Positions 1 through 12,379 of a DNA stretch of 64,000 nucleotides are shown in pieces. Under the pieces are notes generated by a model. That model had not been told where the DNA came from and made no database searches. It saw nothing but the letters and a program-made list of their open reading frames with translations. Both the position numbers and the translations under genes were made by a program. Numbering within the stretch: the stretch's first letter is position 1; every line of letters starts with the position of its first letter. The stretch comes from Felis catus (lineage: Eukaryota): the NCBI RefSeq assembly GCF_018350175.1, contig NC_058368.1, forward strand, positions 140,370,001 to 140,434,000, given 5' to 3'.

Positions 1-872
1 CATAAAAAACTGAACTGGCATAAAGGCAGAGGAAATCCATATTCTCGCATGATGTCAGTCCCCTCGTGAACCACATGAAGTCTCCTACCTAGAAGTCCAC
101 GGTAAAATCCCATTCAATGCTCATAAAGACAGTACGTCTTTTCTTTTCTGAAGAATGTGTCAAGAAATGGGATGTGGTCTTATTTATATACCACCTGCCC
201 GTCTCAAATGCCAGTAGAGTGAACAAGATCATCTCTAGGCCTACGATCTGATTGTCCCCTGTCATATTTTTCTGGACTTGATTTCCCACGTGGAAGTCTC
301 ATGAGGAAGGAGGAAGTACCATTAGCTCCCTGGCAGGCCACCCAGCTCAGTATTCAGTGTTTGCCTGCTACCAAAACCTTTGTGAAGTGAGCATGACAAT
401 TTACCTCTATGGCACCAGAAAGGGGAGGAATACAACCCAGTCATCCCTGATTGTCTCTGAGAATACCATGGCTTTAGTTATTTAAAGTCTTGCACGTTAA
501 TTAAGCTGTAAGAAAGTAGGGAGTTAAGCATCTAAGGAAAATGTGGTCTTATATTTTAATTTAACTCTGGAAGAAGAGAGAAGAGACTTTTCTTCCTGCA
601 ATTTCCTTTTTCTTTCTGTTCATGATAAACTGGAACCTATGGGCAAGACAAGAATCACTCATGGTGCTGAGAAACTCACGCGCTGAAGGAACAATGCTCA
701 CAGCTGGGGTTCCCTGCCTCCAGATGTGCTAACAAGCATTTGATCATTTGCCTTAATGATGTACAAAACTCTTCGTGGAGATCCTCGAGCACTCCCCCGT
801 AGGCTGTTTGCGTCTAAGGCTGCATCTGCGGAGTCACTTTGTCAACCTTGTCTTGTGTCTCTTCCCTTGCAG

Positions 873-1056
873 GGCAACAGGCTTTGGCTTCTTGAACGCA
901 CTGTGCAAAGCAGCGGCCGTCCTTGGAAACTTAATATTCGGCTCCCTGGTCAGCTTCACCAAATCAATCCCCATCCTGCTGGCCTCCACTGTGCTCGTGT
1001 GTGGAGGACTGGTGGGGTTGCGCCTGCCTGACACACGAACCCAGGTCCTGATGTAA
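873..1056 (+). CDS. SV2C: Last coding exon of synaptic vesicle glycoprotein 2C (MFS-fold; C-terminal TM helices)
   Basis: Polypyrimidine tract and acceptor 'tctcttcccttgcag' end at 872. Translation (R)ATGFGFLNALCKAAAVLGNLIFGSLVSFTKSIPILLASTVLVCGGLVGLRLPDTRTQVLM* matches the SV2C C-terminus as I recall it. TAA at 1054-1056. IQGAP2 downstream matches the known SV2C-IQGAP2 order. Confidence 0.96.
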
Positions 1057-4000
1057 TGGGAAAAAAGCCATCCATCCTGCGTTTCTTTCTCCTGCCCTGT
1101 GTCAACACTCCTGACTCAAGGCTTCAGATTTTTCAGATACCAAAATGTGGTGAAATATCAGAACACTAACCCTTGCCATCACTAAAATTTATTTGCATCC
1201 CATCCTGCCCCTTGTATGTGATTTTGCAGTTTTGTTCATGCGTTGCTATCTTTCCTGACTGGGATGCTACCAGTGGAAGCATTTTTTAAGTGCCCTCGTC
1301 AGCCAGGCCTCCCTGAGATTCTGATCACTGAAGGGTGAGAAGCCTTTGCTGCCCTAAGAAATACATCTTCCTTCTAATTTAACATCCACAGGAAATAGAC
1401 GTTGGCATATTGTTGCATTTGTGCTGAGGAGAGGGATTCTTTTTTTTTTTTTTTTTTTTCAATCAGAGTGATATTTCCTGTTTACTTAGCAAAGGACACC
1501 CAGCAATTCTTGCTGTTCTAGCAGGGCCTTTCAAAGAAAACCATGTGGCCCCAAACGGAGCTGGGTGGGGCTCTTTCAGGCATGACAGTGAAGGTGACTC
1601 TGCTGACAAGAGAAATAAAGGCCATGCCGTTAGCAGCAAAGATCTCAGTGAACTAACTACACAAGCAGGATTTCTGCCCAGTTAAAGTCCCGAAAAATAT
1701 GCGGAGAAGGAACCGCAGTACTGTCGGTGATTATGGTCCAGAACGTTAGAAAATCAGAGGTCAGAGACAGATCTTCTGCCTCTGTTTACCCCCATCTCCT
1801 CCTTGCCCCCGCCCCAGCTGCCCTGTATTTTGCCAGATAGCATATGCAAAGAGAGAAAGCCACTTTCTACAAAACTGGATCTGCCTGCCCGATTCTGCCA
1901 TTTATTCACACTGTCTCCACTGTAGAGATTCACCCCTAGAGCCATTTGGAAATGCAAAATGATGTACCGCTTTTCTGAAGGACAGTGCCCACCCCCCACC
2001 CCCACTACCGCCTCCCAGTTGACAGTGGGCTTTCTAGCTGGCAGCAGGGACAGAAGTGGGTCTTCTTCCTCCAGCTTCCGCTGGCCAGTGTGTTCCCAGC
2101 CGCCGCTCTGTGCGGAGTCCCAGCCTGCTTAGTCCACGGGGCCCCCTCTTGCAGACATGGGCAGCATCTCCTGGTGGTCTGGGGCTGCTCCTTTCACCGC
2201 TGGAATCTGCCTGGGCCTGGAAGACAGAGGTCCGCAGGACATTCCCACGGGCTCTCAGCTATGTGACCTTCTCACCCCTCGGGGCTGCCCCTCCTCCAAG
2301 CTTGTCCTTTTTACCCATCTTCTTTGAAATCCGAAGCCTCCTGGTAGACTCACAGCAGAGACCAGCAGCCAGGAATAAATCCCATATTAAAACAATATTC
2401 TTTTCTTTTTTTTTTTTAACTCCGTCTTGTTAAAGGGTTATCCTTGTTACCTTTTATGGCATTTCTAGCAGGCCACAGCCCCAGGACTCCCCATGCTGGG
2501 AAGGGAGAGCCTTTGTTTCCAATAGCCATTACATTCAAAGACAGTCCTAACCCTGAAGGCTGTCTACCTAATCATTCCCCTTCCTAATCGTTCTCCTGGA
2601 GCTCCAGATAGCAGAGTGCAGACTCTGTGAAAAGCTTCTTTCATTAATGTAGCCATTAATCGACCACCCCTTGGAGTAATTCAGGTCTGTAAAAAAGGGC
2701 AGTGTGGTGTTGGAGTCTGGCAGGAAGAGGTTGGTTCCCTGGGGAGACCAGCTCAGGGCCCCAAACACCAGGAAAGCTCAAACCCCAAATGGCAAAGGTA
2801 GCAGGAAGAGGGAAAATCAATAAAGACTGGATGAGATCTCTTCAACTGATACCAGCAAAGGAGGGAAAGAAACACAACTGACTCTCACTTCTGCCTCTGT
2901 AATATTATTGTAGAACAAAGATTGCATTCAGTCAACCCAGGAAGGTACCCTGTATATTTTTCTTCCATATGTATTCATTTCCCATTGATTTATCTTCTCA
3001 AAAAGAGCCATTGTGGAGACCTGAGTAGGGCTTTTTTAGTTGAATACGGCATGTTTAGTAACAACTGCCAAAGTAAGATGTGTATCTTCATCAACCCATT
3101 CCAAAGAGAGAAATGCGCACGGATGTCACTATCTCTCGTCTTCCATGATAGTGAACTTTGCTTACTGGACTATCTTTACTTCCAGAAATGTCTTCAATGT
3201 CTGTTGTATCCCTAAATGTGTAAAATATCTCCCAAGCTACAGAGCACGGCAGGTGTAGAGTTTTATATGATAGCTGGTTGGGTCAGCATGAGGTAAACTA
3301 GCAGAACCCCCATTTCATGAGACCTGACACCACGCATCCCTTTCAGAAGGGCCTTTCTTGGCCTTCCCGTCACCTGATCCAAGCCTCCCAGGTGGCCCAA
3401 GAGGGATCTATTCTAATCTCCTGGACAGTCTGCGGTCACAAACCTTCTTGGTCACCACCTTTCCCACCTTTCAGAGAAAATGCAAGTTTTCTCTGCCTCC
3501 CTTGCATTGTTCCCATCACCTCGATTTTCTCTGAGAGAGCTCAAGTTGTTCACGAAGTATGTGGCATGGCCTGTCTGGCTTGTTCTAGGGTTAGCTGGAT
3601 TAAGATAGAGCCACATGATTAAACAGGAGCTCAGCCCTATCAATATAGCAGGCTGCTGGCACCGGGACCTGTAACCAGCATCTTATTTCATCCACAGAAG
3701 GAAAACGAGAGTATGTGCCAAAAGGAAAGCCTAGGGAACAGTTCCACCTTCTCCTATATTTCTGACTCCTTTTCTATCTAAAATGTTCTCACTGGAATCA
3801 ATCTAGAATGCTAAACCCATCAGCCAGGGATCACCTTACACCCAGAGTACTGACCCAGGGAGAGAAGACAGATGGGTCCTGGCTTCTTCTCAATGCTGGA
3901 TTCATCTTCACAAGCACCAAATAGGTTTAGTTTAGAAACAGAAAAATTAGCAAATGGGCAGGCTGTTTGGGAAGCCCCTAGGAATAGGCCGGAGAATATA

Positions 4001-6859
4001 GTTCCCATATTGTCTGTGCGGCCAGCTTCCTAGGACTCTCAGCGTTATTTCCACTCAGTGCTGATTTGACAGTTATCATTGCCTGGTCAGGAAAGAGACC
4101 CACCGGCAGATGGACACGGTTAGAAGATGCGCTGATCAAAATGCTAGCCCAGAGTCTGTCTCCTATAGCTCTCCTGACTCCTTATTCCCTTGTATTCTTG
4201 AAACAGGAAGGCCTAGGCCTGCAGAAACTGAGTTTTTAATTGGTATCACCTAAGTTAGTAGAGGCACCTTCATTTACAAATCTTACCAAATCAGACTTCA
4301 CATGTGCAACCAAAACCGGCTTTGTTGCTTTTCTGAATGTCTTTAGATATCATGGGAGAAGTGGGGAAAGAATTGTAGTGACAGAGGGAGAGTCCAAGGT
4401 GTCGCTGAGAAGGTTCTAGTGAAAGGAGTATGAGACAGTAAGAGAGGGATTAAGAGGGAGTAAGAGAAAGTTGAGACTTTCTAAACCCTGGGATCATTTC
4501 AGAGCCATTTCATGGGAGTACCTATTGATTCCTCCTGCCAACCAAAATAGAATATGATAGTCTCCAATGTTTCTATTTAATATCACAATGGCCTTTATCT
4601 ATTTCTTTACCTCTTCATGCACTAAAGGCTCTGAACCTGGAAATGTCTTACTTTGGCTCTTACCTGGTATCATAGAAAGACAAGTGGTCGGTTGTTAAGG
4701 TGCATATTGGCTGTGCGTTTTGTTTTCCTTTAACCCCATGTCATGCTGAACCTAGTCCAGTGATCAAACCTACAGAAACACCAGTTATGTGGCAACAACG
4801 AAAAGAAACCTACCCCACAGGGCACTCTGAAATGAGCTACACATTTCTTACAGTGTTTGTTTTCTGCCAAACACAGTACGTTTTGAGGAAACTTCCCTCA
4901 CGATCTGTGTAGCGTAGACAAAAGAAAACTGTCAGTATCTCCTAGACATCCGTGTTTCTTTATTGTTGCAGATACGGAGTGCCAGTTCTCCATGTAATGT
5001 TCTTTTGCTCCAAATATTGACCATTCCCCTTATCGACAGTGTCTCACCAACCAGACACAGCCATTGCCAGGGTCTCCTTCTCCACCAGTACCTACATCCA
5101 TCTTAGTAATCCTAGGCTTCTGAGTTGCAAGGGTCTGGTTCATAGGTCTGTTTAGGGCCTTGATTAGGGCCAGCAAGGGTGGGTGGGGCAAAGAGCTGGG
5201 CAGAGCATTCACTGGTCTCTTGTCATCTCATGTGATTATTCAATGTGTGTTTATGGAGCACTCCCCATGTCCTAGGTGGACTTATTGTGCTTCACGTGGA
5301 CAGTTAACCCTTTGCTGGACTTAAATGAAGGCAGAAGAAATGGGAGTGAAAGAGAAAACGTCTGTAATGGGATCTCATATTGATCCCCGTACCACGTTGA
5401 AGTGCTCTCCCCATAAACACAGCGTGTTGTTTTTCCAGATTTAAAAGGGGTAGCCTACGGTGGGCAGTAGAGGAACGACTCAGAAATTGGGAATATCACT
5501 GACAGGAGGAGAAAGCCCCTCATTTTCTTGGGCTCTGTCAGAGGAACTACCAAGTAATACTTGGGAAATGAGAGAAATGGAGGCACACATGGTCTTTCTC
5601 TAAACGTCTCCACACAAAATCACACTAAAGTGTTACCGAAGGAAAAGACTCTGCAGCAAAGATAGCCCCGTCTTCCTAGAGATGTTGGTTTTTCTTCGGA
5701 GGAATTCTTTTTCTGGTTTGACAGGAGAGGTGGGGGCTGGGAGGTCTGCTCCAGAGCAGACAGTGCTGGAGTCCTCTCCAGAGCGGAGTCAGCACATCCC
5801 TCGGCTGTGGCCACACCCCCTTCCCGAGGTGTTTCCTTTCTGATTTTGAAGACTTGTAACTGTGTCAGCTGCCTTTGCAGATATGCCAGAGCAGCTCCCC
5901 CCACCCCTCCAACCCTTGGCAGATAAACCACCCAGAGAACAGGTTCTGACAGTTAGGGACAGGAGAGTTTTAGATTTCAGTTTGAGTTAAACCCGTGCAT
6001 AGTTGTTGCAAAGTGTCTTGAGACTGCAAGGACTTTGGGATTCTGGACCCCGAGGGGAGGCAGAGTGGGGAGTAGTTGTTGGTGACCGGCCCCCTTCCCT
6101 CTGGGAGCCCTTATTTCCTTTTTCACCCCCTAACCCTCTCCTCCTTCCCTCTTCCAGGAGTACATACTCACTTCCTTTCTTCCCCATCTGTTCTTCTTCC
6201 CCTCGCCTCCTGTTGTCACCTCTCGACTCCAGCAGTGTACAAAGGCCAGGCCCAGCTTTACTGGTGCACTTGGGGCTAAAGATTGTGCCCATCCATGCCT
6301 CTGGTGGTGGCCCAATGGATGAAGAAGGTGTTGGATGGGAGGGGGTCCAAGGGGTATAAGCTCTAGACTGTTGGTTTTGACACAGCTCCCTGTAGTGGGA
6401 TAGATTGCCAGCTGCTGCTCAGGTCCTGCGCAGGAGTAGCTGGGTACCACTAGCATGGAGTGTGAGAGAGGCTCGTCTCTGGGCCAGAAGTCTGAGAGCT
6501 TGGCATCTGACTCCTGAAAGACGAGGCAGCCTGCAGCGAGGTTCTCGGAATTCATTGACCTGTGGGAGGGAGACACACCCCTCTGTGCCTGCACTGGGTC
6601 TGCTTGGTGCTGAAGGCTGGGTGCTTTCTCTTCAGAATCACATGCTGACATTGCAGAGGCTGTCCCCTCCCTGCTTACGCCACCATGTCCATGCTCCTCT
6701 TGCAGCCAAGAGTGCCCAAAACTAGAGGAAGGAGAAAGCAGCCCTCAGCCCTCTCTTCAGAGGGAGTTGAACACCAGGCTAGCAGCCTACCCTGGAAGCA
6801 GGGGTGCGGAGTGGCTGGCGGAGCCTGCTCACAGGGACCAAAGTCCTCCGAAGCCCGTG

Positions 6860-7190
6860 ACGTGTCGGGGCAGGCTCAAACCAGTGCCGCAGAGCCAATC
6901 CTTTCAGGAATTTTGGGAGCGGGGTGAGAAACACAGCCATTACTGAAAATTATGTAAACTTACACGTAGATCATAAATATGCAAAACTCATCACTTTCTA
7001 ATGAGTTTGCTACACTTAGTATTATCCATGCCCTTGAGGTCATATATGCCTGTTGGATCTGTAGAGTAGAAATACCGTATATGGGCGTGCTACTGCACAC
7101 TCTCCCCAACTCCAGGTTCAGTAACATCACGTTTGTGGCTTGAAATTGGCCAGGGTAGGAGTGTTTACACCATGGAAATCTACCCCCAAG
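6860..7190 (+). mobile_element. MER63-like (hAT) ancient DNA transposon remnant inside the putative 3'UTR
   Basis: 'tttcaggaattttg...aaacacagccattac...tatgtaaacttaca' resembles the recalled MER63 consensus. Confidence 0.55.
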
Positions 7191-8363
7191 GCTACAGATC
7201 ACTCTGTTAATCATTCGCCTACCTACCGTTCTACCTAAAGCCCTGAATTGCGTAGCCTCCCGCTGCCTTGACCCAGGCCACCCCAAATTGGAGCCTGTCG
7301 ATTTGTGGGGCAGGATTGCCCCTGCACCCGAGGGAAGGAAAGACTTGGCGAGCTCAACCTCATGTCAATTCACAAAGGGTTTCTTTCTGCATTTGCCTTG
7401 ACTCCGAATAGGACCCACAGTGCCCAGAATCCACTGCTTCCTATGAGGATTGCTCCTTCGGGGAGAATGTATAGTCAATTGGCTGTTTCATGCTGTGCAA
7501 ACAAAACTGAACTCATTTGAAGTTGCACATTGTCTCCCCTTTCACGCCCAAGTAGATGTCCAAGAAGGAAACTCCTTGCTTGCCTTTGACATTCACCAGG
7601 CCTGCCTAGGTAGAACTGGATAGATTTGCTTAATCTCACTTCCACCACTATTATTATACATTTATTGGGCCGAATCTATGTCCTAAATCAAACAGAAGAA
7701 AAACAAAATGTTCTTCCTTGATATGTGCTTTTATAACATCTAAACTGTGGTTATGTATCCTCACCCTGACCCAGGAACATATTGAATAGATCTTGAGTCC
7801 TTCGCTAGTGTCTAGATACTGTAAATAAAGTCCTGCAAGAGTCTTTTTCTTTCAGGTAAACCTTCGTTTTGGACACATGCAAAACCCACGATCCACTGTC
7901 CTTTGTAGGGAGATCTTGGCAGTGGTCCTGTCCTTGGTTTTGGCGTTTGGGTGTTTTGTTCTCTCTTGTTTCTTTCCTGTTTTCACTGCTCTGTAAGACT
8001 TCCTGCTATGGAGTTCCACTTACCCCAACTCTACTGTATATATGTGCTGCATGTGTGAACCCCAATAAATTCTGTTTCAGGTTTCTGGAGTTGCCATCTT
8101 CAGTACAGCTGGTCCTGTTGCGAACTCATCTCTCTGGTATGCTCCTCTGTGTCTGATTCCCGATTGCCAAAATGTTTGACCAAGTATGTTTTAACAAATG
8201 TCCCGAGACATCCATGCGTATCCTTGTGAAAGGGCATGCTCTGTGTGGGGTGACTCGTGTACAGCATAAATCTATCAGATGTGGAAGTGTGTATACATTT
8301 CTATGCCAGATACGTCACATTCATGTAACAGCTGCAAAGATATTTAATGTACATTGGATTATT

Positions 8364-8369
8364 AATAAA
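8364..8369 (+). terminator. Candidate distal SV2C polyadenylation signal
   Basis: AATAAA in AT-rich context, with TGTA elements at ~8259-8352 and a GU-rich downstream element at ~8405-8418. Confidence 0.55.
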
Positions 8370-8465
8370 AGAGCATTTTTTGCTCCATTATATTCAAATA
8401 AGGATTGCTGTGTGACTGACTTCCCTTCCAAGTATGAATTAACCCTTTAAAAATAAATACTTTCT

Positions 8466-8684
8466 GGGGCGCCTGGGTGGTGCAGTCGGTTGAGCGTCCG
8501 ACTTCAGCCAGGTCACGATCTCGCGGTCCGTGAGTTCGAGCCCCGCGTCAGGCTCTGGGCTGATGGCTCAGAGCCTGGAGCCTGTTTCCAATTCTGTGTC
8601 TCCGTCTCTCTCTGCCCCTCCACCGTTCATGCTCTGTCTCTCTCTGTCCCAAAAATAAATAAGTGTTGAAAAAAAAATTAAAAA
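8466..8684 (+). mobile_element. Young Can-SINE (SINEC_Fc-like)
   Basis: GGGGCGCCTGGGTGG tRNA-derived head with A/B boxes, (CT)n, A tail. Perfect TSD aaaaataaatactttct at 8449-8465 and 8685-8701. Confidence 0.95.
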
Positions 8685-8701
8685 AAAAATAAATACTTTC
8701 T

Positions 8702-8903
8702 GGGGCGCCTGGGTAGCTCAGTCGGTTAAGCATCCGACTTCTGCTCAGGTCATGATCGCACGGTCCGTGAGTTCGAGCCCTGTGTCGGGCTCTGTGCTGA
8801 CAGCTCAGAGCCTGGAGCCTGCTTCAGATTCGGTGTCTCGCTCTCTCTCTGCCCCTCCTCCACTTATGCTCTGTTGCTCTCTCTCAAAAATAAATAACAT
8901 TTT
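8702..8903 (+). mobile_element. Can-SINE (older, tandem with the previous copy)
   Basis: Can-SINE head, body and tail. 3' TSD copy aaataagtgctttct at 8904-8918. Confidence 0.93.
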
Positions 8904-9319
8904 AAATAAGTGCTTTCTTTTATATGCGTAGGCATAAAGAAAACCTGTTTCCTTGATTCAGGCTTATTTGAATTGTTTCTGTGGGCTGGTATCATGGGTG
9001 TTAAGGTATCATTGCTTTTACAGGAACACTTTCCATTTGTGAGGACCATCAGGAAGAAAAAGGTTGTGGGGGAATTTGTGGCAAGGCACATGCCTGTGTT
9101 CTCTTGCCCTAGAACAGGAGTCACAAACAGATGTTTAGCATATTAACTCAGTTGTCTGTTGGTGGCTGCTTGGAACATTAGTTTGAGAAGAATGATGAGA
9201 AAAGGTGCTTGGACCAAAGGGTGCATTGCCCTCCAGTGGGCATTGGACACAGAAACACGGACTGCCTGCCATGTTTACACTTAAAATAAGTACAAACTTT
9301 GGGTTTGCTAATCCCAAAA

Positions 9320-9890
9320 GAATATTTTGGCTGCATGTAACAGAAGACCCAGCTTCAAATATCCGTAGTAATAAAGGGAGTTGTTATTTCACATAACAGA
9401 GGAGGCAGGACAATTCCAAGTTTGGTTATGACATAGCTGGGGGACATCACTGAAGACCCAGGTTCCTTCCACCTTTTACATCGGCCATTCTCAGCATACT
9501 TGTTTTCATCCCCTCGTGGGCATGAGAGAGCCCCAGCAATGCTAAGCATCAGATCCTCACACAAAAACCTAAGGACCAAAAGAGGGACTCTGCCCTTTTT
9601 AGGACCCCTTTTAAGATCCTGGAGAACATTCTCACAATGCTCCAGCAGACTTCCTTCTATGTCTCGTTGACTGGACATGCACCATTTGCCTATTCCTAAA
9701 CCAATCACTTGCAAGGGGAATATGAGTCCCACAACTGGCTTAGTCTAATCAACGTTCCCCTCCCTCTGGAGAGTTCAGAAGGAGTCTCTCTCCCCTAAAA
9801 CACATGGCTTCTGACGGCCTGAACAAAACTGAGGTTTGGTGATCAAGAAAGAAGGAAGGTAGCCATGGGGTAGGCAAGCAACAGTGGGCC
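9320..9890 (-). mobile_element. Old MaLR (MLT1-type) LTR remnant
   Basis: Degenerate MLT1J/K-like motifs (gtaacagaagaccca, ccaatcacttgcaagggg). Confidence 0.5.
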
Positions 9891-9904
9891 ATGGGTTCTA
9901 GAAT

Positions 9905-10103
9905 CATGCTAGCTCACACTGTAGCCATATGCAGCTATTTATAGTTACACTTAAAATAAGTACAACGAAATTAAGAGTTCAGTTCCTCAGTCATACCTAA
10001 CCGCATTCCAAGATGCTCAGTTACCACCGGCCAGTGGCTACCATATTGGACAGCACAGATACAGAATATTTGATCATCACCAAAAGTTCTGTTGGATAGT
10101 GCT
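9905..10103 (-). mobile_element. MER3-like hAT-Charlie MITE
   Basis: 'cagttcctcagtca...agtggctaccatattggacagcacagat...aaagttctgttggatagtgct' matches the reverse complement of the recalled MER3 consensus. Confidence 0.75.
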
Positions 10104-10682
10104 ACCCTGGAGGTTATGTGCTCACTTCCCCCTGCATGCTGTTCCTTCTCCCGGGCCTGCTCACACTTCTTCTAAGTTTTCTCCCCCAAAACTAGATGCT
10201 CTCTTTTTTGCTGTAGCAACCTTGTTCTCCCTTTTCCTCCTCCCCAGCAGACTGGAAATAACCCAGCCCATTGCTCCATATTGGTCTTCGCCCTTTCTCC
10301 AGCCCCCAGCCCACCAGATTCAGCACCAATGAGTATTTAAGAAAAGTTATCATTTTCCTCCTTTTCCTTTCTTTCCTGTTTCACAATAATACTCTCACAT
10401 AAGGAGGAAAAGAGGACTCCACAAGCTAAAATCCCCTAATAGTATCAGGGATTATGGCAAGCATGGGAACTCACAAAGAGACTCTGAGGGTATAGATGAG
10501 CCTGGCCAAGGATCACTGTGAGATCTGAGGGAAGCATCCTCAATCCCGGTCTGGACCAGTGGCTGCAAAATCCCAAATGTGAAGTTCCTAGAAATCGGTA
10601 TGCTAAAACAAAGCAACACGAGTCTTGAGGGAATCTCTTTTCCTGCATACTGATGTCTGATACAGTGGAGTTACTGTTATTA

Positions 10683-11057
10683 TCTATATGAATTTGGGCT
10701 GCCATAACAAAGTGCCACAGGCTGGCACAGGCTTGCACCACAGAAATTTATTTTCTCACCATTCTGGAGGCTGGATGTCCGATATCAAGATGTAAAAAGG
10801 GATGGTTTCTTCTGAGGCGTTCCTCCTTGGTTTCAGATGGCCATCTTTTCTCTGTGTTGTCACGCGGTCTTCTCTTGGTACGTGCCTATGTCTTGATCTC
10901 CTCTTCAAATAAGGGCACTTTAGGACCCACCCTAATATCGTTTTAGGCTGATTACCTCTCTAAAGACCCTATCTCCAAATGCAGTCACATTCTGAGGCAC
11001 TGGGGGGGTTCGGACTTCAACATATGAATTTCAGGGGCACACAGTTCAGCCCGGAAC
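10683..11057 (-). mobile_element. MLT1A/B-type MaLR solo LTR
   Basis: 'ggctgccataacaaagtgccacagg...gaaatttattttctcac...ctggaggctgg...gtcacattctgagg...ggggcacacagttcagccc'. Confidence 0.8.
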
Positions 11058-11516
11058 ATTATCCCCAGTGCTACTTATTTTATTGTGTATGTATATTGTG
11101 TATAGAATTGTATGGGGTGTGTGTTGTGTGCCGAATGTGATTGAATTTGCCTGTGGTCACACAGGAACAGAGCAAGGGCTTTGTGTATGTGTTCACTCGT
11201 GTGCACTGTTTATTCGGAGGGGGACATAAAGAGAGAGATTGGGGAAGAATCCATGGGCCCAGCACTCCTAAACTAGAAACAAATTACTCTAGGGGACACC
11301 TCAGGGCAGGCTAGCCAGTCTCTGAGGCCTGTGTCACACGGTTCTTAGACTAGTGACTCTGCCTTCTGAGGCTCTCTGTTTACTAAAACTCCAAATGCGA
11401 CCTGCTCTGTCTGTACCATAATTTTCTCTATTCCTGGGTGTGATGGCTGCGGCATTCCCCACTCCACCCCAGCCTCTGAGCAAAGCAGCCCCTCTGTGGG
11501 CCTGTCCTGGTGAAGC

Positions 11517-11518
<2 letters not shown>

Positions 11519-11548
<30 letters not shown>
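11519..11548. repeat. Poly-C homopolymer (C30)
   Basis: 30 consecutive C. Confidence 0.9.
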
Positions 11549-11549
<1 letters not shown>

Positions 11550-12379
11550 TGACTGTGACCAGCTTGGTGCCCTGGTTGGCTGCTAGGGCAGCCGGGGGCG
11601 GGGCACTCCCGGAGCTTGAGTAAACAGTGTCAGCCTGGAACTGCCACAGTCCCTTTGTTCAGTGGGGAGAACAGATGCTCCGTCCTCTCCTGTAATTTGC
11701 AATCCAGACACCAGGTGGAGAAGTGAAAACCACAAAGGAGAAAAGTCTTGAAGGAAGGCAGGCTCCAGCCCAGCAGCTGCTGGAACCGCCTTGGGCCAGA
11801 ATGAATGATGATGTGGTCTGGCAGCACAGAGGACAGGGTAAGGCCCGGCCCTGAGTCCCAGTGCACCAGCGGCCTCCCGCCTTCAGTCATATTTCCGCGT
11901 CCACTGCTGAGAAGCCCACAGGGCGGCTGAACAGACCAAACCTACAGCAGCTTCACCCCCCTCACACCTGCTCACCCCTGTATCCTTGCTCCAGAAAAAA
12001 GCCCTGTAGACTGAGATGTCCAAGGAAGTCTCACCAGCAAATTCTATTTTGGCTGGGGCTGTAGGGAAAGCTACTGCACATTGCAAAAGCTGAGCAATTT
12101 GTAAGTTTCCCCTAAGCCTCTTCTGGTCTCGGAAAAGATTGGACATGTACCACTGCAGGCTGGGGACTTTGCGGTGCTATTGACCTTAGGCTAGAGGATG
12201 CCTGTGGCCTCTCATCTCCATTAGAGGACCCCTATAGCACTTTCTGAAATGGAGGAAGCTGGGGCTTTTCCAGACCTCAAAGTCGCATTTCTCGGTCCAC
12301 ACAGGGGACTGATGAAACTTCCAATGGAAGGTTCCACCATCGCTAAAAGCATGAGTTTGAGTAGAGTCAGTTCCAAGTT

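Larger units (their letters stand above)
1057..8395 (+). other. SV2C: Probable long SV2C 3'UTR (distal end approximate)
   Basis: Follows the stop codon and has no recognisable Can-SINE for 7.4 kb. AATAAA at 1614, 2374, 7824, 8064 and 8364. The 8364 signal has several upstream TGTA motifs and a downstream GT-rich tract (ttgctgtgtgact). Confidence 0.6.

Noticed and set aside
775..872. N-terminal extension of the SV2C ORF, and overlapping ORFs 756-1031 and 834-1034
   Set aside because: The extension is intronic sequence upstream of the acceptor. The others are alternative or antisense frames of the exon.
955..1023. Possible SV2C residue differences from human (VSFTK, GLRLP)
   Set aside because: Based only on recollection of orthologue sequences. 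Likely tolerated variation and cannot be verified here.
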